NCBI GenBank assembly: GCA_040386515.1
Contig: JAZKFG010000005.1
Span: 9,313 to 73,312, forward strand
DNA length: 64,000 nucleotides
Direction: 5' to 3'
Source of the DNA: Patescibacteria group bacterium
GTDB lineage: Bacteria > Patescibacteriota > Minisyncoccia > Phycocordibacterales > CAIZLB01
Shown here: positions 59,338 through 64,000 of the stretch, in pieces
Numbering within the stretch: position 1 is the first letter of the stretch
How the letters are laid out: each line of letters starts with the position of its first letter
Program-made: the position numbers and the translations under genes
Notes under the pieces: model-generated
Told to the model about the DNA's origin: nothing
Databases searched by the model: none
The model's input: the letters and a program-made list of their open reading frames with translations, nothing else

Positions 59338-59464
59338 GTCCGAGCAAGCCAACTGCTTGGCTTGCGTGTAGGAATCGAAAAGCTTTGCCTTATTTTCGAG
59401 CAACATTGTTGTGAGAAAATGGCAAAGGTGTACTGACCCTGTAAGGGTCGATCCGACGGATGCA
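59338..59464. repeat. tRNA-3'-end-templated structured element, copy 2 (tRNA-Lys)
   Basis: Same motif order and hairpins as 29387-29501; contains the reverse complement of the tRNA-Lys 3' end. Confidence 0.8.
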
Positions 59465-59562
59465 TAAGATTTAATTCCCTTCTCGTACTCCTATTATACC
59501 AAACAATCACAACTATGCAAGGGACTTGTCAAGTGGCTGTCAAGTATATATAGTATGGTGAT

Positions 59563-61458
59563 ATGAAATACATCTATGTCATAAAAGAATATATTACTGT
59601 TGCTTGGCAATGCCTTGCATATATTTACAAATTCGACAAAAAAGGTACTGTCGGTCGTTTATCTATTCTCCTCTTATTCCCCGTCATTGCCAATATATTG
59701 AATATTGCCAATGCCCATCTTGCTGACAGCATGCAGAAAAACTTTGGTACTGGATTAATCAGTGCAATAATACCCATTTTTTTAGTAGTAGTATTTTTAG
59801 AAATTGTTGATGAAATATTTACATACTTGAACCGTCGCGTACAATGGGTAACGAATTCAAAGCTAAACTTAATTTTGGATATTGAAAGACAAAAGAAAAG
59901 AGCACAATTTTCTTTACCATTTATTGATTCTGAAGATAATGATCAATTAAATCAAAGAATTCTGACCAGTGGAGATGGATACAATTCCCAACTTAGTCTC
60001 TTAAGTTCTATCCCTCAATTTCTAACAACTTTTATTAATGTTTCATTTGCGCTTTGGATTGTGGTTATGTTTAATCCTCTGTGGGCATTAATTTTATTTG
60101 CAACATCAGTGCCTAAGTTTTTTATTTTATTTACTAATTCTTTTGCAATACGAAAAAACTCTGAAAATCATCTTACGTATAACCGCATAACAAATACATA
60201 TAGAGACCAGATTACAAACTATACAAACTTGAAAGATAGTAAAGTATCAAATGCGACAAAACCTCTTCTTGATATATATGTGGACAGGAGAGAATTTTAT
60301 AGAGAAACACAGTATGCATTATTTAAGAAGTATTTAAATTTAAACTCCCTGGCTGGCTTATTTGCACTATGCTTTGGATTCTTTGTGCAATATTTAGTTA
60401 TTAAAGAAGTAATACTAGGAACAGTCCTTATTGGCCAGGCAACATTGATTGTGCTTCAAATTTTCAGGCTTCAATCAGGAATCGATGCCTTGGCGTATTT
60501 TTTACCGGCACAATACGAAAATGTTGTAAGTGCTAAGTACTTATTCCTATATCTTTCTACACAGGAAAATGTCGAGAAACAAGATGCAGAGATAATAATG
60601 ACAACTCAAGATACAGAAAACACAATTGAAATGAAAGATGTAATATTCTCTTATCCTGAAATCCATTTCGAGGAAATGCGAAATCTTGTGAAAGAAATCG
60701 ATACTGTCTCAGAAAAGTTTTTTGGTTTAAATAAAAAGGAAGAACATAACAAAAAGAAAAGCAATGATTTTACATTAACCATTCCCTCACTCACTATCAA
60801 AAAAGGAGAGCGAGTTGCGGTGGTAGGAAAAAACGGAAAAGGTAAAACAACATTTTTGCAGCTTGTTCTTAATCTATATCAACCGGACCAGGGTGAGATA
60901 AAAGTGTTTGGAAATGTACTTAAAGACATGAATCAGACAGATGTACAAAAATATTTCTCTATGCTCTTCCAGGATTATGGGCAATCGAATTTTAAAGTGA
61001 ATGAATATATTGGACTTTCTGAAGTAACTGATCCAGATCTTGAACGCGTTAAAATTGCTGCGCAACTTTCGACTGCTTCTGAATTTATAGAAAAATGGAG
61101 AGACCAGTATACGCAGCAATTAGGTGTTTCATTTAAAGGAGTAAAACCATCCAAAGGCCAGTGGCAAAAACTTGCCCTCGCCCGAGCAATATATAAAGAC
61201 GCACCAATACTCGTACTCGATGAACCAACCTCAGCCATCGATCCAGTTTCTGCAAAACAAATATTCGAAAACCTTGCGCAGCTCGATCCTGAAAAAATAT
61301 TAATTTACGTGTGTCACACAATGGTTGATATTCCCATTGTTGCCACACGAGTAATTGTATTCGAAGATGGAAATATTGTTGGTGACGGAACTCATGAACT
61401 ACTTCTAAAAACTTGCCCTCAGTATAAGGAGTTGTATGAGAGTGAAAGAAGAGCGTAA
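59563..61458 (+). CDS. ABC exporter, fused TMD-NBD
   Basis: About 6 TM helices, GKNGKGKTT, Q-loop FQD, PSKGQWQK, LVLDEPT. Confidence 0.93.
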   Translation: MKYIYVIKEYITVAWQCLAYIYKFDKKGTVGRLSILLLFPVIANILNIANAHLADSMQKNFGTGLISAIIPIFLVVVFLEIVDEIFTYLNRRVQWVTNSKLNLILDIERQKKRAQFSLPFIDSEDNDQLNQRILTSGDGYNSQLSLLSSIPQFLTTFINVSFALWIVVMFNPLWALILFATSVPKFFILFTNSFAIRKNSENHLTYNRITNTYRDQITNYTNLKDSKVSNATKPLLDIYVDRREFYRETQYALFKKYLNLNSLAGLFALCFGFFVQYLVIKEVILGTVLIGQATLIVLQIFRLQSGIDALAYFLPAQYENVVSAKYLFLYLSTQENVEKQDAEIIMTTQDTENTIEMKDVIFSYPEIHFEEMRNLVKEIDTVSEKFFGLNKKEEHNKKKSNDFTLTIPSLTIKKGERVAVVGKNGKGKTTFLQLVLNLYQPDQGEIKVFGNVLKDMNQTDVQKYFSMLFQDYGQSNFKVNEYIGLSEVTDPDLERVKIAAQLSTASEFIEKWRDQYTQQLGVSFKGVKPSKGQWQKLALARAIYKDAPILVLDEPTSAIDPVSAKQIFENLAQLDPEKILIYVCHTMVDIPIVATRVIVFEDGNIVGDGTHELLLKTCPQYKELYESERRA

Positions 61459-62208
61459 TTACTTCAACACCAACCCTTCTAACTCTTCCCACATATCACA
61501 TTCACCCATATGGCTTTCGTGATATATATCTAAAAGCACTCCCATATCATCCTTTACTCTTTTTCCGTATCCATCGCTTAACTTTTTTGCCTGAGTATAT
61601 ACATATGGTGTTAATCCACTCTCCTTTTGCGTAGCACCAAGTGCTTGAGCAATAGTCTTATATTACCACCAAAGCACTCCAAAGAACTCCTCTGGTGCCA
61701 CGTGTAATGCTCTAATACTATCAATACTTTGCCAAGCTCTGGCCTTCTGTGAGGGTGTTCTCTTTTCTCTTGGAATACTTAAAAGTTCAGCATATGCGTG
61801 TGCCGCTGGAAAAGTCTTTTTAGAAATATCTTCCTTAATCTCAGTTCCACCAGCATACTCCTGTACTTTTACTTCTTTAAAATCAGATACAATGGCTACT
61901 GTCTTTTCATCCAAATCCTCTTCCACAAAAAGATATATGTGCGGTGATGCAATGTAGTTTTCTATATTTTTTACAATATATTCTTTAATATCTTTTTTTG
62001 CCTGCAACAAACCCTTAGCAACAAAAATATGCTTATCAAAGAAAAGACCCTGAGAAGTTGTTGCACCCTCAAAGTCCTCTATGTTGAATGTATCTGCATG
62101 AATATAAAACACTTGTGCAAATTCACGTTTACTCCGAAGACTCTCAACTATGCGCTGAGTATGGTCTTGTATTTTCTTAACATGAGTACCGTGAATTAGG
62201 TAAAGCAT
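61459..62208 (-). CDS. holA: DNA polymerase III delta subunit (HolA-like) with in-frame TAA at 61663-61665
   Basis: MLYLIHG, QGLF; after the TAA the frame continues for 67 sense codons with a HolA-like C-terminus (SGLTPYVY.QAK...YHE...ELE). Confidence 0.7.
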
Positions 62209-62209
62209 A

Positions 62210-62581
62210 CTATTCCTGAGCCAATGTTTCTTTCAACTCTGCAATTTCAAGTTCTTCATCAACAACACTTAATTCAGCAGCAAGCTGCTCAATTTCCTCG
62301 AACTCTGCCTGTACTTCTGCAAGGCCTGCTTTAACTTCTTCTTCAATTTTTGTTAATTCTACATCCATTTCTGCATCTATTTTTGCAAGCTCGGCTTTTC
62401 CTTCTTCAGTCGCCTCCTCTTCAAACATTTCATCAATGTCTTGCTGAATTAGGGCAGCAATTTTATCTTTTGTCTCGTCATCCAACTCTGTCACCGACTC
62501 CAATAGAGAAACAATTTCTTGCTTAATACTGTCTTTGATTGAACTATCTTTTATGCTTTGTGCGTATTCTTGTATTGTCAT
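62210..62581 (-). CDS. Acidic coiled-coil hypothetical protein
   Basis: Glu-rich helical ORF tightly packed between its neighbours. Confidence 0.7.
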   Translation of the reverse strand: MTIQEYAQSIKDSSIKDSIKQEIVSLLESVTELDDETKDKIAALIQQDIDEMFEEEATEEGKAELAKIDAEMDVELTKIEEEVKAGLAEVQAEFEEIEQLAAELSVVDEELEIAELKETLAQE

Positions 62582-62596
62582 ATATGTAAATAAATA

Positions 62597-63214
62597 TTAT
62601 TGAACTTCTTGTAATCGACCTAGTAGGAACATTTCTTGCGCATATCTTTCTTGAAGTTTTTTAGTTTTGGCCTCAGATGCTTCTTTCATCATTCGAGTAT
62701 TATTTACCATTGATTCAAGTTTTCTTTTTGCAGAAAATTCTTGCGCACTTCGTATTTTATTTCTTCCCCACTCCATAACATTTTTACCTTTTTGTTTTGT
62801 TCCTTCGTATGCCGCCGCAATCGCATCTCGTCCCGCTGTAACTCCTTCTCTTGTTTTATTTGCTAGCGCCTCTTTAACTTTTCCTGCTGCGTCTTTAACT
62901 TTCATAAAACCTTTAACTGCAATATCATCAATTGATAACATTGTTGCGGCCCCTTCTTTTACTCCTGATTTTAATAGATTTGCTCCACCTCTTACTGCCT
63001 TCGCACCAACTTTTAATGCTCCTTTGAATAATTTAAATACACCTTTTCCAGTTTTTAATGCTGCCTTCGCCAACACTTCAGCACCACCCTTAAGCACTGC
63101 TCCAAGTTTTCCCATTCGCTCATGGCCTACTGAATTAAATTTTCCTCCTTCTTGCGAAGCAGCTGGTGCTTCTACTAATTGTCCTTCTTGTATGTTTGGG
63201 TTTTCTTTTGTCAT
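62597..63214 (-). CDS. Basic amphipathic-helix repeat protein
   Basis: K/A/G-rich periodic helix; TGA-TACAAT 6 nt upstream of ATG. Confidence 0.7.
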   Translation of the reverse strand: MTKENPNIQEGQLVEAPAASQEGGKFNSVGHERMGKLGAVLKGGAEVLAKAALKTGKGVFKLFKGALKVGAKAVRGGANLLKSGVKEGAATMLSIDDIAVKGFMKVKDAAGKVKEALANKTREGVTAGRDAIAAAYEGTKQKGKNVMEWGRNKIRSAQEFSAKRKLESMVNNTRMMKEASEAKTKKLQERYAQEMFLLGRLQEVQ

Positions 63215-63284
63215 AGGTAAATTGTATCACACCCTTCATGAAGGATGTAATAGTATTTACAGCTATATATAGTAAGCTTTTTAA

Positions 63285-64000
63285 CTACTGTGCGCCACCC
63301 CAACTTAACCCCTTCTTCACACTGGTCTCAATAGGCACAACCTTATCCTCTCCAATACTGTCCAATATTCTCTCCATAACGCCTCGAATATGCTTGATGC
63401 TTTCATCGACAAATTTAAGATTACTATTATCCATTTCAAAAATAAGTTCATCATGCACCTGTGCCACAATGCCAATTTTATCACTTAAATTATTTTTCTT
63501 AATCCACGCATCAATATTTACCATAGCCATTTTTACCATGTCGGCGTTCGTTCCCTGAATAGGCGCATTGATAGCCATACGCTCTGCAGCCGCTTTTATA
63601 AATGAAATAGGTGACTTTATCTCAGGGAAATATCGTCGTCGCTTAAAGAGCGTTTCTGTATACCCTTTTCTCTCTGCCTGGATTTTGCAGTCCTGTAAAT
63701 ATTTTGCTAAGCCTGAAAATGTACTGTAATAGTTCAAATAAAAATCCTGCGCTTCTGTTTGTTTTACTCCAAGACCTTTGGCCAAAGCCTGAACCCCCAT
63801 ACCATATAGAATTCCGAAGTTAATTGTTTTAGCATGACGTCGCATTTCTGGAGTTACATCAGCAACATCAACTTTATACATTCTGGCTGCAACTCCTGTA
63901 TGAATATCTTCGCCGTTTGTGAAGATTTCAATAAGCTCTTTATCTTTTGATAAAATGGCAGCAATTCTAAGCTCTACTTGAGAATAATCGATAGTCACCA
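63285..64000 (-). CDS. polA: DNA polymerase I, C-terminal part (5' end outside window)
   Basis: DYSQVELR, AKTINFGILYG, NAPIQGT, QVHDE. Confidence 0.97.
   Translation of the reverse strand, partial: VTIDYSQVELRIAAILSKDKELIEIFTNGEDIHTGVAARMYKVDVADVTPEMRRHAKTINFGILYGMGVQALAKGLGVKQTEAQDFYLNYYSTFSGLAKYLQDCKIQAERKGYTETLFKRRRYFPEIKSPISFIKAAAERMAINAPIQGTNADMVKMAMVNIDAWIKKNNLSDKIGIVAQVHDELIFEMDNSNLKFVDESIKHIRGVMERILDSIGEDKVVPIETSVKKGLSWGGAQ

Noticed and set aside
59283-59510. 75-aa ORF antisense to tRNA-Lys
   Set aside because: It runs across the promoter, structured element, terminator and tRNA end, with no protein-like features.
162-63558. Numerous short antisense or alternative-frame ORFs in the track
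   Set aside because: They are shadows of well-supported genes and lack motifs or promoters.
1-64000. Genetic code 25 (TGA=Gly) or global TAA reassignment
   Set aside because: Conserved genes are full length in code 11, pilM ends at TGA at its expected C-terminus, and most ribosomal proteins end correctly at TAA.
1-64000. CRISPR array, IS element, integron integrase or attC array
   Set aside because: No regularly spaced direct repeats, transposase/integrase ORFs or repeated attC-like sites were seen by eye.

Overview
AT-rich, densely packed chromosomal segment, most consistent with a Patescibacteria/CPR (Parcubacteria-like) genome read with code 11. This assignment is an inference from the missing L30 in the spc operon, the short ThrRS and L24, PilM/PilN/PilD, a stand-alone VirB4/TraD-like ATPase and the absence of obvious Shine-Dalgarno sites. 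Core content: tuf plus the S10-spc ribosomal cluster, secY-adk-map, infB-rbfA, thrS, clpB, rpmG, ruvA, folD, holA, the 3' end of polA and five tRNAs (Trp, Tyr, Cys, Leu, Lys), interleaved with accessory single-gene units. No CRISPR array, integrase, transposase or rRNA was seen. Main signals: (1) two copies of a 115-130 nt covarying structured element behind the terminators of tRNA-Leu and tRNA-Lys, each carrying an antisense and a sense copy of its own host tRNA 3' end; (2) three dispersed secreted fibre paralogs with constant N- and C-terminal (peptidase S74) ends, variable GNVGIGT-delimited middles and signs of gene conversion; (3) a uORF/antiterminator/terminator attenuator in front of a GNAT gene; (4) pervasive apparently leaderless promoters; (5) in-frame TAA codons in holA and two other frames, alongside tRNAs with an open 27:43 anticodon-stem pair; (6) several unassigned structured intergenic RNAs. 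All calls were made by eye, with no database searches.
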